A DNA stretch of 64,000 bases from Actinomycetota bacterium (GTDB lineage: Bacteria > Actinomycetota > Thermoleophilia > BMS3ABIN01), in assembly GCA_016235065.1 (NCBI GenBank), contig JACRMB010000005.1:9524-73523 (forward strand), read 5' to 3'. Shown here in pieces: positions 37,847 through 45,599 of this stretch. Both the position numbers and the translations under genes were made by a program. The notes beneath the pieces are model-generated. The model was given only the letters and a program-made list of their open reading frames with translations, ran no database searches and was not told the origin of the DNA. Position 1 is the stretch's first letter. Every line of letters begins with the position of its first letter.

Positions 37847-39235
37847 CTAGTAGTGGATCGAGACTATGGTGCCCATGGGCGTCCAGTTGAAGAGGTACTC
37901 AGCTTCGTCCAGTGGCAGTCCAACGCAGCCATGGCTGGTAGGTGTTCCAAAAGTCGTTGACCAATAGTTCCCGTGGATGGTGTAATCGCCATTGAACATT
38001 AGTACCCAGGGAACGTTTGGCGCCACATAACCCTCTCCCCTCATATCCAGCTTCTCTGCCTTGGCATAAACCGCATAGGTGCCAGTTAGACTCGGTGTCG
38101 CCTGGGAACCGCTGGAGCAGATCATCGTCCTGACCAGCTTGTCATTGTCGTATAGATAGACCTTCTGCTCGGTCAGGTTCACATCGATCTGTTTCGACGG
38201 CTTTGCCGTGAACGAGCTTTCAACATCCTGTCTGAGGTAGCTGCCGCTGACACCGCGGAATGCTTCAGTTCCACCCTTTACGCGGATAGTGGCCTTCTGG
38301 CCTTGAGTCCATTCGGCGAGCGGTTTGAATTCAATCGTGTCGGGTGAGATCCAGTCCCATCCTCCCAGAACCTGCGGATCGAAGGATATTATCGACTCCG
38401 CGATCTCTGGATTCTTGATATCCTCGCTGAAAGTCAGAGTCGGGCGCGTGCTCAGGCTGACTCCGGACTCGCCGTCTCCCGGAACGAAGAATATCTTCAG
38501 CGGATTAGTCGTAGTCACCTTCTGCGAGTAAGGCTTCAGCATACCGGCGCCATTATCGGCGGTAGCACTTGTGACCGTCAGAGTGTATTCCTTGCCCTGC
38601 TCGTATCCCTCGAAGGATATGAATGCCCTGGTCCTGTTCTCTTCATCGAGCCTTGAGGTCGACTGGAGTTCGGGGCTGATCTCGTAAGAAAAAGTCTCTA
38701 CGGGTGTATTGAACTCGATGATGATCGGCTCACCGATTGGAACCGTCTGTGTTCCCTGGGTGAATACGGGAGCGGGTGTGGTTATCGTCTGGAAGGAAGC
38801 GCTTTCGCTCACCTCTTTCTTCCTGGGGCCGGTCATGGTCAGCTCGGTCAGCTCCGCATCGACCTTCACCTCATAACGGGAATCGGGCCGCAGCAGCGGC
38901 CCGCCGTCTGATCGCGTGAAGACATCACCATTCAGGCTGCCCTCAATGATCTTGTCGCTGACGGTCGCCCCCAGCGGATCCAGCGTGACTTCCCTGACGC
39001 TGACGTTTTTGACCTCCCCCCGCATCCAGCTGGTGAAGATCTGCAGCTGCTGGTCGATGGTGACATCCTTGCTGCCGTTCTCTGGCTTTATCTTTATCTC
39101 GGGGGGGAACAGTGAGGCCATGGACAGGTAGCCCAGGAATACCACCGCGATAAGCGTAGCCCCAATGACGAATGCTGTATTACGCCTGACTGAACCAGCT
39201 GATTTTGAGTTTTGTACTGGAGTTGCCCTGCTCAT
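37847..39235 (-). CDS. L,D-transpeptidase (YkuD domain) with N-terminal anchor and Ig-like repeats
   Basis: 462 aa. The C-terminal catalytic region is YTIHGNYW...TSHGCVGL. The N-terminus has a TM anchor. Confidence 0.85.
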   Translation of the reverse strand: MSRATPVQNSKSAGSVRRNTAFVIGATLIAVVFLGYLSMASLFPPEIKIKPENGSKDVTIDQQLQIFTSWMRGEVKNVSVREVTLDPLGATVSDKIIEGSLNGDVFTRSDGGPLLRPDSRYEVKVDAELTELTMTGPRKKEVSESASFQTITTPAPVFTQGTQTVPIGEPIIIEFNTPVETFSYEISPELQSTSRLDEENRTRAFISFEGYEQGKEYTLTVTSATADNGAGMLKPYSQKVTTTNPLKIFFVPGDGESGVSLSTRPTLTFSEDIKNPEIAESIISFDPQVLGGWDWISPDTIEFKPLAEWTQGQKATIRVKGGTEAFRGVSGSYLRQDVESSFTAKPSKQIDVNLTEQKVYLYDNDKLVRTMICSSGSQATPSLTGTYAVYAKAEKLDMRGEGYVAPNVPWVLMFNGDYTIHGNYWSTTFGTPTSHGCVGLPLDEAEYLFNWTPMGTIVSIHY

Positions 39236-39313
39236 ATGACGCTGCCCCTGGTTGCTTCAATAGACTGTATTCATTATAGCGGCCTCAACCCGGAGAGCAA
39301 AAAACGCTCATGT

Positions 39314-39342
39314 TTCAAGGATGATCTCATAAGGTCGATATT
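39314..39342 (+). promoter_or_regulatory. Candidate promoter TTCAAG-N17-GATATT placing a TSS just 5' of the riboswitch
   Basis: TTCAAG lies at 39314-39319 and GATATT at 39337-39342. An alternative is TTGCTT-N17-TATAGC at 39252-39280. Confidence 0.3.
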
Positions 39343-39349
39343 TAGTGTA

Positions 39350-39432
39350 CAAGTGCGAAAAGGCAAACCCATCGCGAGGTGGGGGCGCAAAGCTAGGGGT
39401 CTCCTCCGGAGACAGCCCGGCCGCCGAAGCTC
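39350..39432 (+). promoter_or_regulatory. c-di-GMP-I (GEMM-I) riboswitch aptamer
   Basis: GGCAAACC lies at 39362-39369. A 6-bp stem CCCAUC/GGUGGG is capped by the GNRA loop GCGA. CGCAAAGC lies at 39386-39393, followed by a second hairpin GUCUCC-UCC-GGAGAC. The element order and spacing match the Vc2 aptamer. Confidence 0.8.
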
Positions 39433-39474
39433 TGTAAGCTGTTCTTTAATGAACAGCGTTGACGTGTTGCAGTC

Positions 39475-39516
39475 AGCTCATCTGCTCCGACATCACCGGG
39501 CGGTTGAGCTTTTTTT
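39475..39516 (+). terminator. Intrinsic terminator forming the riboswitch expression platform
   Basis: An imperfect ~13-bp stem (AGCTCATCTGCTCC ... GGGCGGTTGAGCT) is followed by a run of 7 T. It lies upstream of the 39584 ORF. Confidence 0.7.
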
Positions 39517-39583
39517 GTGTCCTCACCGGGTGCGCCAGGCGCAAGCTTGACAGCGACGTGGTTTGTCCATCAAACGGCAGGCG

Positions 39584-40003
39584 ATGATGGACACGGTAAA
39601 CAGAGAAAAGCAGAATTTCAGGATGATCATCCTGGCTCTCGCAGTTCTCGTTTGCGCCTGGTTGCTTCCCACAGGCGTAGGAATAGCGGCTTCGGCATCG
39701 AGCAGTATGAAAGTCACGCTTGTCGTCGAGGACGCGGTCGGTGTGAACTATGGCAGGTCGGCGCTTGACTCCGGCTCCGTGGGCAGGGCAGGTCAGGTCA
39801 TCACAAAGTTTGTCACTCGGACGGCATCGTCAAGGCTCGCTGGAATGGCAGTGGATGAAGCGAGAGACCCGCAAGTAGATGATAGCGGAGTTCCGTTTGG
39901 GTCCGGAACAGACACAGGCCCGGACGATGCCGTGTCGGGTGGCGTACTTGATAGAAGCGAATCAATGGAAAGCGAAGTTGTAGTCACAGTAAGCAGTCTG
40001 TAG
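39584..40003 (+). CDS. Small secreted protein of unknown function (riboswitch-controlled)
   Basis: The signal peptide is REKQNFRMIILALAVLVCAWLLPTGVGIAASA. The mature part is ~100 aa, Ser/Asp/Gly/Val-rich, with no recognisable domain. The start is uncertain (ATG 39584/39587 or TTG 39563). Confidence 0.6.
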   Translation: MMDTVNREKQNFRMIILALAVLVCAWLLPTGVGIAASASSSMKVTLVVEDAVGVNYGRSALDSGSVGRAGQVITKFVTRTASSRLAGMAVDEARDPQVDDSGVPFGSGTDTGPDDAVSGGVLDRSESMESEVVVTVSSL

Positions 40004-40301
40004 AAAAGCGTCCCTCGTCGGCTCCAAAACCGACATCAGCTTTGGCGGCATGTATCTTGCCCGAATCCCTCGCTGGGATGGATACAGCCGCCGAAGCTTT
40101 CTTCTCCGGAAAAGATTTGCCACTTCCCTGATTGAAGGAAACCAATAAGGCTATGTAGAAAAAGTTATCGCGGCATCCGGATTCCGTGCGGCCGCATCTT
40201 CGGGAACGTCATCCGTGGCAGTAATTTCTTTATTTTTGAGTCATGTTCCATGCTCAAAAAGGCCACGGCGGGTTCGGGTATCGCATCAGAACAGGAGATC
40301 A

Positions 40302-40757
40302 ATGGATATACAAAAGATGGTTGATGAGCGCATCGAGGAACTTCTTGCCAGGAAAAACATCTCTTATCCCACACCGGAAAATCAGGATGAAGTCCCAAGT
40401 GATGAGTTGTCTGATCTTGGCGATGTCATCGAGGAAGCAATGATGGAAGTCGCTGAACGAGTGCTTGCCATCTCCGACCGCGTTGCAGGTGATTTCGCCC
40501 GGATGGAAAAAGATATCCTCGATTCACGATTAGCAGTTCTTCAGAGCGCTGAGGCTGTTCTTGATATAGCTGTTTCACTAAGGCGCAAGGCGAAAGCGCT
40601 GACATCAGCCTCTGTGGAACCTGCCAGGAAGAGGACTGTCAGAGACGACGAGCTGCATCTCGTGGACGATATTTATGATCTTGAAGCCCTCGGCCTGCAG
40701 GACGGCCGAGCCAGTATGCACGATCATGGAGTCGCGTCCCTGTTCAGAAGGACCTGA
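40302..40757 (+). CDS. Hypothetical helical/coiled-coil protein
   Basis: 151 aa from ATG 40302, which follows AGGAGA. Its stop abuts the start of the GGDEF gene. Confidence 0.55.
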   Translation: MDIQKMVDERIEELLARKNISYPTPENQDEVPSDELSDLGDVIEEAMMEVAERVLAISDRVAGDFARMEKDILDSRLAVLQSAEAVLDIAVSLRRKAKALTSASVEPARKRTVRDDELHLVDDIYDLEALGLQDGRASMHDHGVASLFRRT

Positions 40758-41840
40758 TTGCCTGAAAGGCGGTTCATCCCTCATATGGATCAGGGCAAAC
40801 TGAACGAATTGAGAGAGTTTTCTGTTTCCGTCGCAGCTGAAGGCAGGAATGATGAATGCCGTCCAGCTTCTACGACAGGCTCTTATCCTCTGTTGACCCG
40901 GAAGGCTGCTGTCTCCCTCAAGAGACGTGAGACCCAGGTTATCAAAGGCTGGCTCAAGGAGGTCATCGACAGTCTGGGTCTGCCCTCCCTTCAGGCATTC
41001 CCGACAAGTGAGCTCGCGGCAGGATTCCCGGCTGTAATCGACGGCGTCGCCGAGGCTATCGCCGATCCGTCAGCTGCGCATTCGCGGCATAGAGAGGTAG
41101 CCGAGATCTCGGGCCTTCTGGCGCGGCTTCGCAAGGAAGATGCCAGCATCGAGAGGTTTGTGGACGACTACTCCCTGCTGAAAAGCCTGATGTTCGATGC
41201 GGCTGCGGCAGACTTGCGGCAATCTGACATGGCCGTTCTGAGTATCACCCGAAATCTCGAGGAAGGATTCAACACAGTCCTCAAGGAAGGCCTCAAGGCT
41301 TATGTTGAGCAGCACTCGTCAAGGCTCCAGCATCTTGCTGACACCGATGCTTTGACCGGCCTGTACAACGTGAGATACTTCCGCAGCCAGCTGCACAAGA
41401 ACCTGGAGATGTACAAGCGCTATCGGATCCCCTTCTCGCTTCTCATGCTCGATATGGATAACCTCAAACAACTCAATGACGCTCGCGGCCACCAGTCAGG
41501 CGATCTTGCACTGAAGCATCTGTCGGCGATCATGGCTGACGAGAAGCGTGAGACTGATATCGCTGTGAGATATGGCGGCGACGAGTTCTTCCTGGTGTTG
41601 CCGGGGACCGGAGCCGCTGATGGCGAGCGACTGGCTTACCGTATCGTCCGCCGTGTTCGGCAGCTCAACATCCACTCGGGCGGCAGGGATATCGCCGGTG
41701 TCTCAATCGGAGTCGTATCCTGTCCGGACAACGGTTCTGACGTCGGAACCCTGAGAGCGAAAGCTGATCGGGCGCTCTACCTCGCCAAAGCGATAGGCGG
41801 CGCTTCGGTAGCCAGCTTTCAGGAATTCCACGAATCCTGA
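40758..41840 (+). CDS. Diguanylate cyclase (GGDEF) with an uncharacterised N-terminal sensor region
   Basis: 360 aa with DALTGLYNVRYF and a RETD I-site located 5 aa before RYGGDEFFLVL. The start is TTG 40758 directly after the upstream TGA, or ATG 40785. Confidence 0.88.
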   Translation: MPERRFIPHMDQGKLNELREFSVSVAAEGRNDECRPASTTGSYPLLTRKAAVSLKRRETQVIKGWLKEVIDSLGLPSLQAFPTSELAAGFPAVIDGVAEAIADPSAAHSRHREVAEISGLLARLRKEDASIERFVDDYSLLKSLMFDAAAADLRQSDMAVLSITRNLEEGFNTVLKEGLKAYVEQHSSRLQHLADTDALTGLYNVRYFRSQLHKNLEMYKRYRIPFSLLMLDMDNLKQLNDARGHQSGDLALKHLSAIMADEKRETDIAVRYGGDEFFLVLPGTGAADGERLAYRIVRRVRQLNIHSGGRDIAGVSIGVVSCPDNGSDVGTLRAKADRALYLAKAIGGASVASFQEFHES

Positions 41841-41844
41841 TCAA

Positions 41845-42327
41845 TCAGAGTTTGTAACCGATCTTGCGCAGCAGTTCCTTACGTTCAGCTTCATCAGAAT
41901 CCGACTCCACTCCCTTACTGGCTGATCCGTCGATGACGCCGATGATCCCGCGGCCAAGCGCAGTCTCCGCGACTAATACTTCAACGGGATTGGCGGTCGC
42001 GCAGAAGATGCCGCAGACTTCGGGAACCTGCTTGATCGCATTCAGGACGTTGATGGGGAAGCCGTTCTCCATCAGGATGATAAAGGCATGCCCCGTACCA
42101 AGTGCCTGAGCGTTCCTGCGCGCAAGCCCGGTCAGGTTTTCATCATTTCCGGAGCTGCGGACCAGGCAGGGACCAGAAGCTTCACAAAAACCGATGCCGA
42201 ACCTGATTCCCGGGACAGATGAAGCCATTACTTCGTGCAGGTCTTCGACGGTCTTGATGAAATGAGATTGTCCCAGGATCATGTTCATATCCTCGGGCTT
42301 GTCTATGCTCACGATCGATGTTTCCAT
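41845..42327 (-). CDS. Adenosine-specific kinase family (PF04008-like) protein
   Basis: 160 aa with GQSHFIKTVEDLHE, PGIRFGIGFCEASG, FPINVLNAIKQVPEV and CATANP. Confidence 0.55.
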   Translation of the reverse strand: METSIVSIDKPEDMNMILGQSHFIKTVEDLHEVMASSVPGIRFGIGFCEASGPCLVRSSGNDENLTGLARRNAQALGTGHAFIILMENGFPINVLNAIKQVPEVCGIFCATANPVEVLVAETALGRGIIGVIDGSASKGVESDSDEAERKELLRKIGYKL

Positions 42328-42355
42328 CTCTCCTCCTCCGGGCCGGATTTTGATC

Positions 42356-43435
42356 TCATACCTGGTTTGCTGTGAGCCACAGGCTTATGAGCGCCATCCT
42401 GCTCGCCTGGGCCATGACCGTGCGGTCGATATTGGCGGGGTCGTCGTAGATCGTATGATAGTAAGGATGCCAGATACTTGGGTCGCTTCCCCAGTCCCAG
42501 TCGACAGTGACGGCCGGTATAGCGAACAGCCAGTCGAACGACTGGGCATCTGAACCGATATCTGTACCTTCCTCGACAACCGGGATCCCCAGAGCCTGAC
42601 CCGCCTGCTGAATGGCCTGAACGATCGGGGCGGCGCCGGCGAATCCTTCATCCCAGACACCGAAATAGCTGCCGCCACTCGCACCTATGCCGTCGATATT
42701 GATCATTTCGACACTGTCGTCGAGGCCGGCGGTCACTATCTGCTGGCCCAGTGCCTTGGAACCGAGCAGATCGATCTCCTCGCCGGCGAATGCGCAAAAA
42801 ACGATGGTTTTTCTTGTCCTGATCCCGGTCTGGCGAAATACGTTCGCAGCCTCGATGACGGCTGCGACCCCGGCTGCATTATCGTCGGCGCCATTAAACG
42901 CATTGCCGTTGCTGTCCAGTCCCAGGTGGTCGTAATGGGCGGCCAGTATCACGAAGCCGCCGGCCGGATCGCTACCTGGGATGATCCCGATGATGTTCTC
43001 ACCTGACACACCGGCAGCCATGAAAGGATGGCTGTACGACTGCAATCCGGCAGCGGTCCAGGGCTCGAGACCGAGGGCCGCGAACCGATCGGCGATATAA
43101 GCTGCTGCAGCCCTGGCTCCTGCGGTGCCGGTCTCACGGCCCTCATATTCATCTGCGGCAAGGGTATTGAGATGCGTGAGCTCACGATCGATATCCATGG
43201 CTGAGAGCAACTGGTTCATGTCTCGGGAAGGGTCGCTTGATATTGCCGGAGCTGGAGATGTGATCGTGGTCTCTGTCTGGCGGGCTGGCGGGACAAAATC
43301 GTAACCAGTCCGGGCTTCGGGGGTGGTTTTGATCGCGGCGCCCTCTTTTTGAGCACATCCGGAGGCGACGCCCAGAAATGCGACCGCTGCCAGTATGGCC
43401 GCGAGCGCGGGTGCGGCGGTCAGCGACGCTCTCAC
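42356..43435 (-). CDS. M28-family aminopeptidase lipoprotein
   Basis: GTG 43435 overlaps the fpg stop (GTGA). The lipobox is GVASGC. M28 motifs HYDHLG, GADDNAAG, FAGEEIDLLGS are present. Confidence 0.82.
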   Translation of the reverse strand: MRASLTAAPALAAILAAVAFLGVASGCAQKEGAAIKTTPEARTGYDFVPPARQTETTITSPAPAISSDPSRDMNQLLSAMDIDRELTHLNTLAADEYEGRETGTAGARAAAAYIADRFAALGLEPWTAAGLQSYSHPFMAAGVSGENIIGIIPGSDPAGGFVILAAHYDHLGLDSNGNAFNGADDNAAGVAAVIEAANVFRQTGIRTRKTIVFCAFAGEEIDLLGSKALGQQIVTAGLDDSVEMINIDGIGASGGSYFGVWDEGFAGAAPIVQAIQQAGQALGIPVVEEGTDIGSDAQSFDWLFAIPAVTVDWDWGSDPSIWHPYYHTIYDDPANIDRTVMAQASRMALISLWLTANQV

Positions 43436-44256
43436 TTTTGGCAAACGGGGCAGAAGTATGTGGCCCTCCCCCCCAGCCGGATCTTTTCCACACTGGTGCC
43501 GCAAGCCGGGCAAGGCTCCCCGAGCCTTCTGTGGACCTGGAAGATGTCCTGATAGCTTCCCCGGCGTCCCTGCGAGTCGCGGTATGTGTCGATCGAGCTG
43601 CCCTGCAGGCTGATAGCTTTTTTCAGTGTGGCCTTTATGGATTTTACGAGGCGCCGGATCTCTGCATCATCGAGATCGCCGGAAGGGCGCGTCGGCAAGA
43701 TGCCAGCTCCGAAAAGGGCTTCGTCCGCGTAGATATTGCCAATACCGGCAACCAGTGCCTGATCGAGTAGCAATGACTTGATCGGCCGGCTCCTCCCGCG
43801 CAGCACCTGGCTCAGATATCTTGGATTGAAGCCGTTTTCCAGAGGCTCGGGACCCAGCTTGCTCCAGTATCCGGCGCTCTCTTCGGAACTCAGGATGAAG
43901 GCTCTTCCAAACCTCCGGGTGTCGTGAAACGACAGTCCGTTTCCGTCGGCAAATGTAACCAGTAAGCGGAGATGCTTATCATCTTCCATCGGCAGGGGCA
44001 GTTTCAGATGAGTAAGTCTGCCAGTCATGCGCAGGTGGATGACGAGAGTATCCCCTGAGTCGAGTTCAAGCAGAAGGTATTTTCCGCGACGGCCCGCGGC
44101 GATTATGGTCCGGCCACTCAACCGGCGTTTGAAGGCATCCGGGGTCCCGGGGGCAACAGCACTCTGATCCAGGACTTCGATCCGGGATATCACGCTGCCG
44201 GTGAGCACAGGCTCAAGCTGGCGGCGGATCGTCTCTACTTCAGGTAACTCAGGCAG
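43432..44256 (-). CDS. fpg: Formamidopyrimidine-DNA glycosylase
   Basis: The conserved N-terminus PELPEVETIRRQL lies upstream of the ORF-track start. It is reachable only from CTG 44256, which follows AGGAG-N6, and an in-frame TGA lies at 44271-44269. The C-terminal zinc finger is CPACG...CPVCQ. Confidence 0.88.
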   Translation of the reverse strand: MPELPEVETIRRQLEPVLTGSVISRIEVLDQSAVAPGTPDAFKRRLSGRTIIAAGRRGKYLLLELDSGDTLVIHLRMTGRLTHLKLPLPMEDDKHLRLLVTFADGNGLSFHDTRRFGRAFILSSEESAGYWSKLGPEPLENGFNPRYLSQVLRGRSRPIKSLLLDQALVAGIGNIYADEALFGAGILPTRPSGDLDDAEIRRLVKSIKATLKKAISLQGSSIDTYRDSQGRRGSYQDIFQVHRRLGEPCPACGTSVEKIRLGGRATYFCPVCQK

Positions 44257-44359
44257 CTTCAGCTCCTGTCATCGATATCCTTTTTCTACCATTCCTGATC
44301 AATAATATGCACTCGGCCGAGTTTATGAAAAGGCATTAGTGGGATTTCGCCATCATCCG

Positions 44360-45580
44360 TCAGGTACAGCTGCGGCCTCCCACCTGCCGCTGCAGGGGCG
44401 CCCGGATAGCCAGGATCAGCACGAGAGTCAGGAGGGACACCAGCACATCTACGGCCATGGGGGCTGTGATCCCGAAATTACGCCAGGTGTACGGCACCAG
44501 CAGGCTGCTGCCGATTATGCTCCCCCACTCGCCGAATGAACCGACGAAACCGGTGACCGCACCACGTTCGTGAGGCAGGGTGACGTCGCCTATGAGCGAA
44601 TAGAAGGCATTGAAGTATGCGGGGGTTCCCGCGCCGCCCAGGGCGAAAGCCGCCATGACGACCCAGGTGCCCGGATGAAGATAGACGATAACGCCCTGTG
44701 TCACCAGGGTCAGCATCCCGAATGCCATGACCCATATCCGCCCGACCTTATCCGACAGCTGGCCGAGAAACGGACTCGATACGGCTGCGGCAGCGCCGCT
44801 AATCGCGAAGGCAAGAGCGATGTCGCTGCTGCTCCAGGCCAGCAACTCCGCTGTCAGTATGGGCGCGGATGTCAGAAAGATAGCGATTGCCATCATCAGG
44901 AGGAACTGGACGAGTGACAGTGAGAAGGACGGCAGGCAGAAGACGCTGGAGAACACACGCCTTATATGAGACAGTCGCGGGAGCAGATCGTCCCAGCCGG
45001 CCAGCGGCCCGCGGACGCTGATATGAGGAATCGCCAGGCTTAGCAGGAAACAGATCGCTCCCAAAGCCCCTCCGATCCAGAAGGGGAACTGGATGTCGTA
45101 CGCCTGGGCGAGAACGCCACCCAGCACCGGGCCGGCGATGACGCCGATATTTATGGCGCTGCTGGTCACCCCGTTCGCGAGCCCTCGCAAATCCGTCGGT
45201 GTCCTGTCGTTGATATAAGACTGGGAGGCAACGGCGAATCCAGAGGCGGCTACACCCTGCAGCAGCCTCAACAGCATCATTGATGTCCTGTCGGTTGTGA
45301 GCGCGTATGCGGCAGTAGTGGTCGTGAACAGTAGCAGGGAGGCGGACATGATGCCTCTGCGTCCTACGCGGTCTGACAGGACGCCCAGAGGGAACTGAAG
45401 CAGGACCCGTCCTATAAAGAATGCCGCAACCAGGAGGCCGATGTCATATTCGTCGAAACCCAGCTGCTCGGCATACTGGGGCAGAAGCGGAAGCATCATC
45501 ATGAAGCCGGTCATGATCACGCCGCTGGAGAGAGCCAGCACGAAGATACTCCAGTGAAGCTGTCTCAGGGATCTGTACAT
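44360..45580 (-). CDS. MFS transporter
   Basis: 406 aa with ~12 TM helices and the loop 2-3 motif GVLSDRVGRRG. Confidence 0.85.
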   Translation of the reverse strand: MYRSLRQLHWSIFVLALSSGVIMTGFMMMLPLLPQYAEQLGFDEYDIGLLVAAFFIGRVLLQFPLGVLSDRVGRRGIMSASLLLFTTTTAAYALTTDRTSMMLLRLLQGVAASGFAVASQSYINDRTPTDLRGLANGVTSSAINIGVIAGPVLGGVLAQAYDIQFPFWIGGALGAICFLLSLAIPHISVRGPLAGWDDLLPRLSHIRRVFSSVFCLPSFSLSLVQFLLMMAIAIFLTSAPILTAELLAWSSSDIALAFAISGAAAAVSSPFLGQLSDKVGRIWVMAFGMLTLVTQGVIVYLHPGTWVVMAAFALGGAGTPAYFNAFYSLIGDVTLPHERGAVTGFVGSFGEWGSIIGSSLLVPYTWRNFGITAPMAVDVLVSLLTLVLILAIRAPLQRQVGGRSCT

Positions 45581-45599
45581 GCAACGGCGGCGGTCGGTC

